Positions 46,547-57,714 are shown, numbered from the stretch's first letter. The stretch is 64,000 bases of DNA from Lachnospiraceae bacterium (GCA_900770345.1 CAAGKF010000073.1:529-64528); one strand, 5' to 3'. The notes: generated by a model from the letters alone, not told the origin. Program-made: numbers and translations.

Positions 46547-48097
46547 TCAGCCTTCAACCTCCAGTTTCTTTACAACCTCTTCAATGACCTCCCGGTCCAG
46601 GAAATGATGACGGACTCCATTAATCTCCTGATAATCCTCATGGCCCTTTCCGATCACTGCCACCATATCTCCCGGCTGGGCATGAACAATACTGTACTCT
46701 ATGGCTTCCCGACGGTCCGGAATCTCAATAAATGCTCCGCCGGTCTTCTCAATACTGCCGCGGATATCGGCGATGATATCCTCCACCTTCTCGTAACGGG
46801 AGTTATCCGCAGTCAGGATGCACAGGTCTGCCATCCTGCCGCCGATGTCTCCCATGGAATAGCGCCGGTCTTTTGAGCGGTTTCCTCCGCAGCCAAAAAC
46901 ACATACCAGCCTCTTCGGATGATACCGGCGCAGAGTCGAGAGAAGGCTTTCCATGCTGACTGCATTGTGGGCATAATCCACAATCACGGTGCAGCGGGCG
47001 GAGGTATAAACGATCTCCATCCTGCCGTTGACCCGGATATGCTCCAGCGCATGACTGATACGCTCTTCAGGAAGCCTCAGAAAACTGCACAGACTGACTG
47101 CAGCCAGCGCATTGCTCACGTTAAAGAGGCCCGGAATGCCCAGACGTACCTTCATCGCACAGCGGCCGGACAGTTCAAACTCCGTCCCCACAAAATCCGG
47201 CTCGGAAATATAGCGTATGCCAGATGCCTGAAAGTCAGCTGCTCTTTCCTGGCGTCCTGCATCCCAAGCTGCATCTGAAGCCGTGCCTGCATCATCCACA
47301 CGATACGTATAAAGCTCACAGGAAGCATCTTTGACAATCTCCTCAAAGTGGCTGTCATCCCTGTTTACCAGACCCACACGGCACATGCTTAAAAGACGGG
47401 ATTTGCAGTAAAGGTACTCCTCAAAATCCGCATGCTCATCGGGACCGATGTGATCCGGAGAGATATTGGTAAAAATGCCGTAATCAAAGAAAATGCCGTC
47501 TACCCGGTGCATTTTGATGCCCTGGGAGGAAACCTCCATAATGGCATGCGTACAGCCGGCCTCGGCCATTTTCGCAAAGGACCGGTGCAGCTCATAGGAT
47601 TCCGGCGTTGTATTCATAGTAGGAGTGACCTGATCACCGATCACCGTTCCTGTGGTTCCGATGAGACCTGTTTTGCAGCCTGACGCCTCCAGAATAGCCT
47701 TGATCATGTGGGTGGTAGTGGTTTTGCCCTTGGTTCCCGTGACACCGATCATCACCATCTTTCCGGCAGGATAGCCGAAACGTGCCGCAGACAGAAGAGC
47801 CAGGCCTCTCCGCCCGTCAGACGTCTTAAGAACAGTCACCTCTGCAAGCTCTTCCTCCGGCAGACCGGAAGCGGCAAGCTCTTCTGTGATGTCCCGTTCC
47901 GTAAGCAGAACTCTTACTCCGGCTTTCAGTACATCGGGCACAAATCTGTGGGAATCCACCCGGGTTCCCGCCATACAAATAAACAGAGCGCCGGGAATCG
48001 CCTTTCTGGAGTCATAAACCACCTCACTGACCTCTGCATCCAGACTCCCCTGAACCAGCTCATAATCCAGCTCTGTCAACCAATCCTTTAATACCAT
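46547..48097 (-). CDS. murE: UDP-MurNAc-L-Ala-D-Glu--diaminopimelate ligase
   Basis: GTKGKTTT, TTPES, MEVSS, DYAHN, DNSR, GKGHEDYQ. Confidence 0.94.
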   Translation of the reverse strand: MVLKDWLTELDYELVQGSLDAEVSEVVYDSRKAIPGALFICMAGTRVDSHRFVPDVLKAGVRVLLTERDITEELAASGLPEEELAEVTVLKTSDGRRGLALLSAARFGYPAGKMVMIGVTGTKGKTTTTHMIKAILEASGCKTGLIGTTGTVIGDQVTPTMNTTPESYELHRSFAKMAEAGCTHAIMEVSSQGIKMHRVDGIFFDYGIFTNISPDHIGPDEHADFEEYLYCKSRLLSMCRVGLVNRDDSHFEEIVKDASCELYTYRVDDAGTASDAAWDAGRQERAADFQASGIRYISEPDFVGTEFELSGRCAMKVRLGIPGLFNVSNALAAVSLCSFLRLPEERISHALEHIRVNGRMEIVYTSARCTVIVDYAHNAVSMESLLSTLRRYHPKRLVCVFGCGGNRSKDRRYSMGDIGGRMADLCILTADNSRYEKVEDIIADIRGSIEKTGGAFIEIPDRREAIEYSIVHAQPGDMVAVIGKGHEDYQEINGVRHHFLDREVIEEVVKKLEVEG

Positions 48098-48232
48098 ATG
48101 TTATCCTTTCTCCAACTGGTCTCTGCCGCATATAAGACTCTGTTTTCGCGGCAGTCAGCAGACGGCGGCCCGAAGGCCGCCGTCCCTCTTCTTTCATGCA
48201 GTCCGGCAAAAGGCCGGAAGCACATTCTCTTT

Positions 48233-49903
48233 TCAGAACAGTCCGGTAATGCGTCCGCTGGCATCCACATCAATATTCTCGGCAGCCGGTTTCTTCGGAA
48301 GTCCCGGCATGGTCATGATGGAGCCCGTAAGAGCTACCACAAAGCCTGCGCCCGCGGAAACATAGGCGTCTCTCACATTGATGGTAAAACCGGAGGGACG
48401 TCCCAGCTTTGTCTGATCGTCAGACAGGGAATACTGAGTCTTGGCCATGCAGACAGGCAGATTTCCGAAGCCCATTTCCTCAATGCGCTTCAATGCCTTG
48501 GAGGCAGCCGGTGTATAAGAAACGTCATCAGCACCGTAGATCTCAGTGGCGATGGTCTTTATCTTATCCTTTAATGCCATCTCATCCGGATAGAGCACAT
48601 GGAAGCCGCTGGGCTTGCGCTCCAGAGTATTCAATACCTTCTCTGCCAGAGCGATTCCGCCCTCGCCGCCCTTTGCCCATACCTCGGACAGGGCGAATTC
48701 ACAGCCTCTCTCCTCACAGAAACGCTTGATATAAGCATATTCTGCCGGTGTATCGGTTATGAAGGAATTCAGCGTTACAACTACGGGAACATCATATTTC
48801 TGGATATTCTCAATGTGCTTCTCCAGATTGACGATACCTCTCTTTAATGCCTCCAGATTTTCCTCTGAAAGCTGATCCTTGGGCACTCCGCCATTGTACT
48901 TTAAGGCTCTTACGGTAGCTACCAGAACTACAGCATCCGGCTTCAGCCCAGCCATACGGCACTTGATATCCAGGAATTTCTCTGCACCCAGGTCCGCGCC
49001 GAAGCCGGCCTCTGTTACCACGATATCGCAGAGCTTTAAGGCTGTTCTCGTCGCTCTCACGCTGTTGCAGCCGTGAGCGATGTTGGCGAAGGGGCCTCCG
49101 TGCACCAGAGCACCCGTATGCTCCAGCGTCTGGATCAGATTTGGCTTTAAGGCATCCTTTAAAAGAGCAGCCATGGAGCCGGTAGCGTGAAGGTCATCGG
49201 CAGTTACAGGCTCTCCCGCAAAATTGTAGGCAACAATGATCCTGCCCAGGCGGGCCTTCAGATCCTCCATATTGTCTGCCAGACACAAAATGGCCATGAT
49301 CTCGGAGGCTACTGTAATAACAAAGTGATCCTCTCTCACCATACCGTCTGCCTTGGCTCCCAGACCAATGACAATATTTCTCAGAGCACGGTCATTCATA
49401 TCCTCACAGCGTTTCCAGAGTACCTGTCTGGGGTCGATCCCCAGAGCATTGCCCTGCTGGATATGGTTGTCAAGAAGAGCTGCCAGCAGATTGTTGGCAG
49501 ACGTGATCGCATGAAAATCACCGGTAAAATGAAGGTTTAAATCCTCCATAGGAACTACCTGGGCATAGCCGCCGCCGGCAGCGCCGCCCTTGATGCCGAA
49601 GCAGGGCCCTAAAGAAGGTTCACGAAGCGCAATGATCGCGTTCTTTCCCATCCTTCCGAAGGCCTCTCCCAGACCTACTGTAGTTGTTGTCTTTCCCTCA
49701 CCTGCCGGAGTCGGGTTGATGGCTGTCACCAGAACCAGCTTGCCGTCCGGTCTGTCCTTGATTTTTTCCCACAGCTCATCGGTCAGCTTCGCTTTATACT
49801 TTCCGTAAAGCTCCAGATCATCCTCTTCGATTCCGTAAGCCGCAGCCACCTCTTTGATCGGCTGCATTACCGCCTCCTGAGCGATCTCAATATCTGATTT
49901 CAT
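48233..49903 (-). CDS. fhs: Formate--tetrahydrofolate ligase
   Basis: [42 protein letters not shown]. Confidence 0.97.
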   Translation of the reverse strand: MKSDIEIAQEAVMQPIKEVAAAYGIEEDDLELYGKYKAKLTDELWEKIKDRPDGKLVLVTAINPTPAGEGKTTTTVGLGEAFGRMGKNAIIALREPSLGPCFGIKGGAAGGGYAQVVPMEDLNLHFTGDFHAITSANNLLAALLDNHIQQGNALGIDPRQVLWKRCEDMNDRALRNIVIGLGAKADGMVREDHFVITVASEIMAILCLADNMEDLKARLGRIIVAYNFAGEPVTADDLHATGSMAALLKDALKPNLIQTLEHTGALVHGGPFANIAHGCNSVRATRTALKLCDIVVTEAGFGADLGAEKFLDIKCRMAGLKPDAVVLVATVRALKYNGGVPKDQLSEENLEALKRGIVNLEKHIENIQKYDVPVVVTLNSFITDTPAEYAYIKRFCEERGCEFALSEVWAKGGEGGIALAEKVLNTLERKPSGFHVLYPDEMALKDKIKTIATEIYGADDVSYTPAASKALKRIEEMGFGNLPVCMAKTQYSLSDDQTKLGRPSGFTINVRDAYVSAGAGFVVALTGSIMTMPGLPKKPAAENIDVDASGRITGLF

Positions 49904-49942
49904 GAGTCTCATCCTCCTTGTATTTTATATGAAGGGCCAATA

Positions 49943-52900
49943 TTACCGGCCCTGTTCCAGCATTTCTTCAAACTGCTCCATACTCATAAGCACTTTTCTG
50001 GGCTTGGTTCCTTCCTCCTCACCCACGACGCCGGCCTCCGCCAGCTGGTCCATAATACGGGCAGCCCTGTTAAAGCCGATCTTAAACATTCTCTGGAGCA
50101 TGCCGATGGATGCCTTGTCCTTTTCTATGATAAACTGTCCCGCCTGAACAAAATATTCATCGCGGCTGGACGAACCGGAACCGCTGTCAGAGGAAGCGCC
50201 GGCAAGGCGGCTCTCCACCTCAGGACTGTAGTCTGCGGACATTCCCTGCTCCGTCAGGAATTCTACCACGCGGCCCACCTCTTCATCCGAGACAAAGGCC
50301 CCCTGAACACGCTGAGGCTTCGGAAAGCCTGCCGGATAAAAGAGCATATCGCCCTTTCCCAGAAGCTTTTCCGCACCGTTCATATCGATAATGGTCCTGG
50401 AATCCACGCCGGAGGAAACCGCAAAGGCGATCCGGGACGGCACATTGGCCTTGATCAGTCCGGTGATAACGTTGACGGACGGTCTCTGGGTAGCGATCAC
50501 AAGATGAATGCCTGCCGCACGGGCCAGCTGAGCCAGACGGCAGATCGCATCCTCCACCTCACCGGGCGCCACCATCATCAGGTCTGCCAGCTCGTCGATA
50601 ATGATGACGATCTGCGGCAGCTTCACCGGCTTTTTCTCATCCTCGATATCTCCCAGCTTCTCAACCCGCTCGTTGTATCCCTTCACATCTCTCACATTGC
50701 ATTCCGCAAATTTCTTGTAGCGGTCCATCATCTCCGCCACAGCCCAGTTGAGAGCTCCGGAGGCCTTCTTGGGATCGGTTACCACCGGTATCAGCAGATG
50801 AGGAATGCCGTTGTACACGCTCAGCTCCACCACCTTGGGGTCCACCATGATCAGCCGCACATCATCCGGTTTGGATTTAAAAATAATGCTCATAATCAGA
50901 GTATTGATGCAGACCGATTTTCCGGAGCCGGTAGCTCCGGCGATCAGCAGATGAGGCATCTTGGCGATATCCGTCACCACCACCTGACCGCCGATATCCT
51001 TTCCTACAGCAAAGGCCAGACGGGATTTGTGGTTTATAAATGCCTCCGATTCCAGAAGCTCTCTCAGATATACCGTATTATTCTCCTTATTGGGAACCTC
51101 TATGCCTACGGCGGATTTCCCCGGTATGGGCGCTTCGATCCGGATATCTGCTGCTGCAAGGCTCAGCTTGATATCATCCGCCAGCGTCACGATCTTGCTG
51201 ACCTTTACTCCCTGCTCGGGCAAAAGCTCATAGCGGGTAACAGAAGGGCCGCAGCTGATATTGGTCACTGTCACACCCACACCGAAATTATGAAGTGTCT
51301 GCTGCAGCTTGATAGCCGTAGCCTTGTATTCATCCTGAGAAAAACCGCCTGCAGGCCTTGCAGGCTTTTTAAGAAGGGAAACCGGCGGAAATACATATTC
51401 TTTCTTTACGGCCTCTTCCTTCTCCTTTATCTCTTCCGCTACGGAAACCTCATTATCCGCAGCAGCCTCGCTGCGCTTCTTTTCGATCTTCTTCTGAAGC
51501 AGCTCCGTTTCCGTCTCTATCACCTTGCCGGAAGCGGTCACCACCCTTTTCGGCTCCTCAGGCACAAATACACTGTCATAATTGATCCCCTGCTCCGAGG
51601 GATCATTCCTGTATGCAGTATTGATGCCGGCATTGCCGCCGTATGTATCATCGATTCGGGCATCCCATTTGTTCTCCTGCTCATCGGAAGGTTCCTGAAC
51701 AAACAGCGGATCGGACGCCGAAGCTTTCCCGGGCGCAGATACTGTTTTGGAAACCGGAGGTGTTTCAGATGCTGTAGCTGTTTCGGAAGCCACCTCCTCC
51801 CAGGGCACCTCCTCATCCTTCTTTCCCGACACCGGAAGGGAAGCTGTCCTTAAATCTTCCTCAAAGCTTACCGGCCCGGACATCTCCATCTCCTCCAGGG
51901 TGCGGCTGTCACGGCTGGCCCGTATGGTCACATACTCCTCGCCGTCATGGACGCCGTCCTCATCCTCAAAGGTCATGCCGGTTACCACTGCCCTGCTGTC
52001 AGGACGCCGGTGCTTTTCAATGGACCGGGCAAGGGCGCCGGGATCGTCCTCCCCGTTTTCGTCCTTCGCATCCCATGAAGACTCCGCATCGTATCCCGGC
52101 GGCAGGCTGATATTTCCGCGGAACTGGTTCTGAAGCTCCTCATCCTCTTCCTGTTTTTTACCCGGTATTTTATCCGGTATTCTATCCCTTTTCCGCAGAT
52201 CCTTCTCCGGGATCTTACCTGTTCCTTCCTCCGGGATCTGCTCCAGCTCCGCCCCGAACTCCCGGTCAAATTCTTCTTCGTCATATTCCGCGGGAGCCGA
52301 TAATCTGGTTGCCTCCAGATCGACGCCCCGGACCTTCTGTTCTTCCCGCAGACGCCGGCGCTCTTCCGTTTTCTGGGCATGAACCTCTCTGCGCCGGTCT
52401 ATGTCCTCCCTGGCGTACTGATAGGCACGGTCTCCGCCCTTTCTCACCGCAGATATGAAGGAACGCTCCGTTATGCACACCATACAGATAATAAAAAGCA
52501 CAATCAATACCAGATAGGCTCCCGCCCGTCCCACTGCCATGATCAGAAGAGACGCCAGAACACCTCCCAGCCAGCCTCCTCCTGCTCCGTTTAACGAGGA
52601 ACGGAGATAAAACTGCGACCAGCCGGCCTCCTCCGGAGTTCCGCCGAAAAGCAGATGCAGAAATCCGCAGATCACAGGCACCAGTGCAATAACAGCAGCC
52701 AGCTTGACAACGGCCAGAACATTCCCCTGGTTGGAAAGATGAAAACAGGTGCCCACAAACAGCAGCACCGGAACCAGATATCCCAGCATTCCAAACACAC
52801 CCAGCTGTACACTGCGCAGGGCCTCACCCACAAAACCGCAGAGACGGAAATTGCTCAGAAAAAGAAGAATGGCAACAGCAAAAGAGCAGATAATGACAAC

Positions 52901-53092
52901 TTCTGCTCTCATAAATCCCGTATTCTGTTCTTCCGGAATTTCCGGTTCCTTTGCCGCCCGCCCCCTGGAAGAGGTTCCTCCCCGGGAGGATGTATTGCTT
53001 TTAGAGGATGTACCGCTTTGGGACGATGTACTCCCCTTGGGTCTTCCCGGCTTTTTTGCACCGCTCTGCTGTCTCTTATTTGAATCAGCCAC
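49943..53092 (-). CDS. ftsK: DNA translocase FtsK/SpoIIIE
   Basis: N-terminal TM domain, long acidic linker, AGATGSGKS, IDELADLM, gamma domain IGFNRAARI. Confidence 0.96.
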   Translation of the reverse strand: MADSNKRQQSGAKKPGRPKGSTSSQSGTSSKSNTSSRGGTSSRGRAAKEPEIPEEQNTGFMRAEVVIICSFAVAILLFLSNFRLCGFVGEALRSVQLGVFGMLGYLVPVLLFVGTCFHLSNQGNVLAVVKLAAVIALVPVICGFLHLLFGGTPEEAGWSQFYLRSSLNGAGGGWLGGVLASLLIMAVGRAGAYLVLIVLFIICMVCITERSFISAVRKGGDRAYQYAREDIDRRREVHAQKTEERRRLREEQKVRGVDLEATRLSAPAEYDEEEFDREFGAELEQIPEEGTGKIPEKDLRKRDRIPDKIPGKKQEEDEELQNQFRGNISLPPGYDAESSWDAKDENGEDDPGALARSIEKHRRPDSRAVVTGMTFEDEDGVHDGEEYVTIRASRDSRTLEEMEMSGPVSFEEDLRTASLPVSGKKDEEVPWEEVASETATASETPPVSKTVSAPGKASASDPLFVQEPSDEQENKWDARIDDTYGGNAGINTAYRNDPSEQGINYDSVFVPEEPKRVVTASGKVIETETELLQKKIEKKRSEAAADNEVSVAEEIKEKEEAVKKEYVFPPVSLLKKPARPAGGFSQDEYKATAIKLQQTLHNFGVGVTVTNISCGPSVTRYELLPEQGVKVSKIVTLADDIKLSLAAADIRIEAPIPGKSAVGIEVPNKENNTVYLRELLESEAFINHKSRLAFAVGKDIGGQVVVTDIAKMPHLLIAGATGSGKSVCINTLIMSIIFKSKPDDVRLIMVDPKVVELSVYNGIPHLLIPVVTDPKKASGALNWAVAEMMDRYKKFAECNVRDVKGYNERVEKLGDIEDEKKPVKLPQIVIIIDELADLMMVAPGEVEDAICRLAQLARAAGIHLVIATQRPSVNVITGLIKANVPSRIAFAVSSGVDSRTIIDMNGAEKLLGKGDMLFYPAGFPKPQRVQGAFVSDEEVGRVVEFLTEQGMSADYSPEVESRLAGASSDSGSGSSSRDEYFVQAGQFIIEKDKASIGMLQRMFKIGFNRAARIMDQLAEAGVVGEEEGTKPRKVLMSMEQFEEMLEQGR

Positions 53093-53197
53093 AACTACTG
53101 CCTCCTGTCGATCACTTACAAGCGAAGGCTCCTTTCATTTCCTGAAATTGAGCCCAGTAGTAAATAGTATACAAAAATTCCAGGGGAATTGCAAGCT

Positions 53198-53917
53198 TTA
53201 CCTGCCGCGCCTTCCAACACGTCTCTCCTCGTCGATCATCTCATACAATTTATTCAGGGCATCCCGTATGCCTCCCACCTCATTGATCAGTCCCGCGTCC
53301 ACCGCTTCTTTTCCCACCAGTACGGTTCCCAGGTCCCTGGTCAGCATCTTTGTATTGTGCATCAGCTCCCTCAGCTGATCGTAGGCAATAGCCGCATGAC
53401 CGGAGACAAAGGACAGAATCCTGTCCTGGATCATTTCAAAATATTCATAGGTCTGGGCCGTTCCTATGACCATGCCTGTCATGCGCACCGGATGGATCAT
53501 CATGGTGCCGGAGGGCACAATAAAGGAATAATCCGCGGAAACAGCCAGGGGAACTCCGATGGAATGGCTGCCGCCCAGAACCAGAGACACCGTAGGCAGG
53601 CTCAGAGAGGCGATCATCTCCGCAATGGCAAGACCTGCGTCCACATCACCGCCGGAGGTATTGAGGATCACCAGCATTCCCTCCACGCTGTCATCATCCT
53701 CGATCTGCGCCAGCTTCGGCAGAACATGATCATATTTTGTGGTCTTGCTGCTGCCTGAGGCATTTTCATGTCCCTCCACCTCCCCGATGATCGTCAGCAG
53801 GTGAATCTTTCTGTGACGGTCATTTTCCTCCAGCGTGGCCTGCCCGTATTCCCGTACTCCGTCATCCTCTTTTTCCTCAATTTCCTGCTCCAGTTTTTTT
53901 GCTTCATCCTGCTTCAC
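53198..53917 (-). CDS. tepA: ClpP-like translocation-enhancing protein TepA
   Basis: IIGEVEGH, KTTKYDH, NTSGGDVDAG, LGGSHSIGVP, IHPVR; upstream of ftsK as in B. subtilis; GTG 53917 with AGGGAGG RBS. Confidence 0.85.
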   Translation of the reverse strand: MKQDEAKKLEQEIEEKEDDGVREYGQATLEENDRHRKIHLLTIIGEVEGHENASGSSKTTKYDHVLPKLAQIEDDDSVEGMLVILNTSGGDVDAGLAIAEMIASLSLPTVSLVLGGSHSIGVPLAVSADYSFIVPSGTMMIHPVRMTGMVIGTAQTYEYFEMIQDRILSFVSGHAAIAYDQLRELMHNTKMLTRDLGTVLVGKEAVDAGLINEVGGIRDALNKLYEMIDEERRVGRRGR

Positions 53918-54017
53918 AGTCAAAACCTCCCTTTCCGGCCTATCTGATTTTTCAATTGCTGAAAGCTTTTTCAAGCTTCTCACAGCATAGTCTGTACCGA
54001 AAAAGTCTGATTATACG

Positions 54018-54075
54018 AAAAAAGCGCCGAGAAAACCTTCTGCCTGTACAGGCAGCTTTCCCAAGCGCTTTTTCT
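54018..54075. terminator. Terminator after the NlpC/P60 gene
   Basis: AAAAAGCGC...CTGCCTGTACAGGCAG...GCGCTTTTT. Confidence 0.7.
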
Positions 54076-54144
54076 CATAACGTTTCTTTTATTTATCTTA
54101 TTTTTCTGTTTTTATAGCATTCTTCCGCAGCTTTCTCATATCCC

Positions 54145-55782
54145 CTAATCTCCCAGCACATTCCGGATCGCCACCGGTGTACGGTAATTCCATGTGGAGA
54201 TCTTGATTCCGCTGCGCCTGCTGGCCGCGTGAACGATCTGGCCGTTTCCGATATACATGGCCACATGGTTGATGGTGCCGCCGCTGTTGGCGTAGAAGAT
54301 CAGATCTCCCGGCCTCATGGTCGCGGAAGTCACCTTCTTGCCCATCTTGGCCTGAGAGCCGGAATAATGGGGAAGAGATACACCGAACTGCTGCATAACC
54401 TTCATGGTAAATCCGGAACAGTCTGCGCCCTTTGTCAGACTGGTCCCGCCCCATACGTAAGGATTGCCCACAAACTGAAGGGCATAATTTACAATCTTGG
54501 AACGGCGGGAAGCAGCGTTATTGGCAGCCTCCTCGGCAGGTGAAAACTTAATGGCCTCGTTTAAAGCATAGCGAACCTCCACATTGTTGTCTCTGGTGGA
54601 GATAAATGCCTTGTCGGCCTCGCCTCCGTCCTCCTCATCCGCACTGTCCAGATCGATCTGCACCCAGCCGTCCAGCTGCTCCACTACTCCGTAGCGCTCG
54701 TCCTTTATAATCTGGGTCCAGATCTTGGCATCCGTGCTGGGCTCCGTACGGACATTCAGCACATCCGTCTTGATAATGGCCTTCAATGTGGCCGTCTGCA
54801 TGGCAATGTCCCTGGCCTCAGCTCCGGTAGCCGTATACTGGGGATCCGCGGAAATATAACCTACAATAGGACCTGATTTGATCTTATACCAGCCGTCCAG
54901 CGTCTCCAGAATCTCGCCGGCCGCCTTGCTGGTCATCTTTCCGATGATCTTGCCGTCGGACTTCGGTTCCTGCCGGACATTCAGATAATTATTCACCTTG
55001 GAGATCACCAGATTATCATACTGATTGATAGCCATGGCCTTCATATCCAGCTTTCTTCCCTCATCAAGAGAATACGCAATATCCGCGTAATCAGCGGAAA
55101 TGTATCCGTCGTCGATCTGGATCCAGCCGTCCTCCTGTCCCAGAACTGCATAGCGCTCATCCTTCAGCGCCTGACCCACCACATTTCCCGGATCAAGCAC
55201 CGGTTCCTGGCGGATATTCAGATTATCAGCGGTAACCGTAGCTCTCAGCCTCACCAACCCTCTGGCCAGCTCTCTGGCTTCATCACCGGTTACAAGATAC
55301 TGACTGCTGATATAGCCGTCCACACCTCCGGAGGTAATATGGGTCCAGTCGCCTTCCTCTCCCAGAACCTCGCAGGCTCCGTCTCCTGATATCTTTCCGA
55401 TGATCTTGCCGTCCGTACCGGGAGTCTCGCGGATATTCACATAGCCGGAAACCTGCACGATTCCCAGATTGCTGTAGGAATTCACGACAGCTTCGATCTC
55501 CTCTGCCTCCCTCGCCGCAGCTGCCTCCTCCGGTGAGGGGATCTCCACCTCTTCCTGAGAAGATGCGGCTTCCGTCTGTTCCTTGGCAGGGGCCGGCGCG
55601 GCCGCTCTCTCCGGCCAGGCTTTCAGTGCCGTTCTGACGCCAAGAATGATGATTCCCGCCAGAAGCACTACTGCCAGACCGGCAACCAGATATCTGGGAT
55701 CAAATCTCTGATTTCGTTTTCTTCTGGCCTTGTTCAGCCTGGACAGATAATCTTTATGATCAAGCATTTCTCTCGTCTCCAA
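54145..55782 (-). CDS. Membrane-anchored SH3b-repeat NlpC/P60 (C40) peptidoglycan endopeptidase
   Basis: N-terminal TM, four SH3b-like repeats (VNIR/LNIR/LNVR/LNVR), PYVWGG, DCSGF, HVAMY. Confidence 0.9.
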   Translation of the reverse strand: METREMLDHKDYLSRLNKARRKRNQRFDPRYLVAGLAVVLLAGIIILGVRTALKAWPERAAAPAPAKEQTEAASSQEEVEIPSPEEAAAAREAEEIEAVVNSYSNLGIVQVSGYVNIRETPGTDGKIIGKISGDGACEVLGEEGDWTHITSGGVDGYISSQYLVTGDEARELARGLVRLRATVTADNLNIRQEPVLDPGNVVGQALKDERYAVLGQEDGWIQIDDGYISADYADIAYSLDEGRKLDMKAMAINQYDNLVISKVNNYLNVRQEPKSDGKIIGKMTSKAAGEILETLDGWYKIKSGPIVGYISADPQYTATGAEARDIAMQTATLKAIIKTDVLNVRTEPSTDAKIWTQIIKDERYGVVEQLDGWVQIDLDSADEEDGGEADKAFISTRDNNVEVRYALNEAIKFSPAEEAANNAASRRSKIVNYALQFVGNPYVWGGTSLTKGADCSGFTMKVMQQFGVSLPHYSGSQAKMGKKVTSATMRPGDLIFYANSGGTINHVAMYIGNGQIVHAASRRSGIKISTWNYRTPVAIRNVLGD

Positions 55783-55952
55783 ATTCTATTCCGCCGCATT
55801 TTCTCCGGCTTATTTCCTGCGTATACTCATATAGCGTCCAGTATAGCATAAAACACCCTATGAAAATGTGAAATATTTCTTAAAATTTCGACAATTCACA
55901 ACGCAGGATCAATCCAGACGGTTACTCTTAAGTATCCTAATTTCTAATTATC

Positions 55953-56750
55953 CTATTTCGCCAGCATCATACGGTCATTGGCAAATTCTTCTCCGCTGGC
56001 CTCGGCAAACTTGCGAAGCAGGTCGTCCACCGTCAGCTTCTTCTTCTCCTCGCCTGCCACATCATAAATAATATTGCCGTTATTCATCATAATCAGACGG
56101 TTTCCGATCTGAATGGCATCCTTCATATTGTGAGTTACCATAAGGGCTGTCAGCTTCTGTTCCTCCACGATCTCAGTGGTAAGATCCAGCACCTTTCTTG
56201 CAGTCTGGGGATCCAGAGCCGCCGTGTGCTCATCCAAAAGCAGCAGCTTCGGCTTCTTCAGGGTTGCCATCAGAAGGGTCAGCGCCTGTCTCTGCCCGCC
56301 GGAAAGCAGTCCGACCTTGGAGGTCAGACGCTCCTCCAGGCCCAGACCCAGCCTCACCAGCAGGTCGCGGTACAGCTTGCGTTCGGTGGCCATAATACCG
56401 GGCTTTAATGTGCGCTTTCCGCCGCGGCGCAGTGCCAGTGCCAGATTTTCTTCGATGCCCATAGTCGGCACGGTTCCATTCATGGGATCCTGAAAAACAC
56501 GGCCTAAAAACGCGGCTCTTTTATATTCCGGAAGCTTCGTTACATCCTTGCCGTCAATCAGGATCTGTCCTTCATCCACCGGCCACACACCGGCAATGGC
56601 ATTGAGCATGGTGGATTTTCCGGCGCCGTTTCCTCCGATGATGGTGACGAAATCACCCTCATTTAACGTCAGGCTCAGGCCTTTTAATGCCTTCTTTTCA
56701 TTTACTGTTCCTTTATTAAAGGTCTTTGCAATATTTTTGATCTCCAGCAT
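55953..56750 (-). CDS. ABC transporter ATP-binding protein
   Basis: GGNGAGKST, LSGGQRQ, LDEHTAALDP. Confidence 0.93.
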   Translation of the reverse strand: MLEIKNIAKTFNKGTVNEKKALKGLSLTLNEGDFVTIIGGNGAGKSTMLNAIAGVWPVDEGQILIDGKDVTKLPEYKRAAFLGRVFQDPMNGTVPTMGIEENLALALRRGGKRTLKPGIMATERKLYRDLLVRLGLGLEERLTSKVGLLSGGQRQALTLLMATLKKPKLLLLDEHTAALDPQTARKVLDLTTEIVEEQKLTALMVTHNMKDAIQIGNRLIMMNNGNIIYDVAGEEKKKLTVDDLLRKFAEASGEEFANDRMMLAK

Positions 56751-56756
56751 GATTCC

Positions 56757-57662
56757 TTACCCCCTTTTTGCCGCATTTGAAAAATATCTGCTCTTCCAGG
56801 TAGGAATTGCAAGGAATACTGCCACTACGGCTGCCGAAAGAAGCTTTAAAAGATCGGTATCAATACCCATCCAGATAACGATCTGAAGCACCAGATAATA
56901 AATGATGGAACCGAAGGCCACACCCAAAAGACGCAGGCCGAAGTTATGGAATATCCTTCCGAAAATAGCCTCACCGATGATGACGGCAGCCAGACCGATT
57001 ACAATCGCGCCCCGTCCCATGTTGATGTCGGCAAAGCCCTGATACTGAGACAGCAGCGCTCCCGAAAAAGCAACCAGGCCATTGGAGAGCATCAGTCCAA
57101 GCACGCGGTTGAAATCCGTGTTGATACCCTGGGCGCGCGCCATCTTGTCATTGCCGCCGGTCGCTCTTAAGGAGCAGCCCAGCTCTGTTCCGAAAAACCA
57201 GTAAAGGATCGCAACCATTACTACAATAATTACTGCCACCAGCAGGATTGTATTTTTAAGGAAAGGTACATTTTTGATAAAACGCAGAGAGATCAGAAGA
57301 TCATACTTGTCCACGTTGATCGCCTGGTTCGCCTTTCCCATTATTTTCAAATTTACAGACCACAGCCCCAGCTGTGTAAGGATACCGGACAAAATTGCCG
57401 GAATTCCCATAAATGTATGCAGGATACCGGTTGAAAGACCGGAAAGCATACCTGCAATCAATGCGCCGAACATGGATACCCATACGTTGTGTCCGCTCAG
57501 CATCATCATAATGCAGACTGCGCCGCCGGTACACATGGAACCATCCACCGTAAGATCCGCGATATCCAGGATCCGATATGTAATATAAACTCCGATCGCC
57601 ATGATTCCCCAGACAAGTCCCTGGGCCACTGCACCCGGCAGAGCATTTAATAAACTCAGCAT
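56757..57662 (-). CDS. ABC transporter permease (BPD_transp_2 type)
   Basis: ADLTVDGS, LRATG, GAIVIGLAAVIIGE. Confidence 0.9.
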   Translation of the reverse strand: MLSLLNALPGAVAQGLVWGIMAIGVYITYRILDIADLTVDGSMCTGGAVCIMMMLSGHNVWVSMFGALIAGMLSGLSTGILHTFMGIPAILSGILTQLGLWSVNLKIMGKANQAINVDKYDLLISLRFIKNVPFLKNTILLVAVIIVVMVAILYWFFGTELGCSLRATGGNDKMARAQGINTDFNRVLGLMLSNGLVAFSGALLSQYQGFADINMGRGAIVIGLAAVIIGEAIFGRIFHNFGLRLLGVAFGSIIYYLVLQIVIWMGIDTDLLKLLSAAVVAVFLAIPTWKSRYFSNAAKRG

Positions 57663-57714
57663 AATTTCTTCTCCTTAGCCTATTTCCATTCCATTACATA
57701 GGGTGATTCTGCAA

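Noticed and set aside
50504..51853. 449-aa plus-strand ORF and the many similar antisense ORFs across the window
   Set aside because: Shadows of well-supported genes on the opposite strand, expected from codon bias at this GC content.
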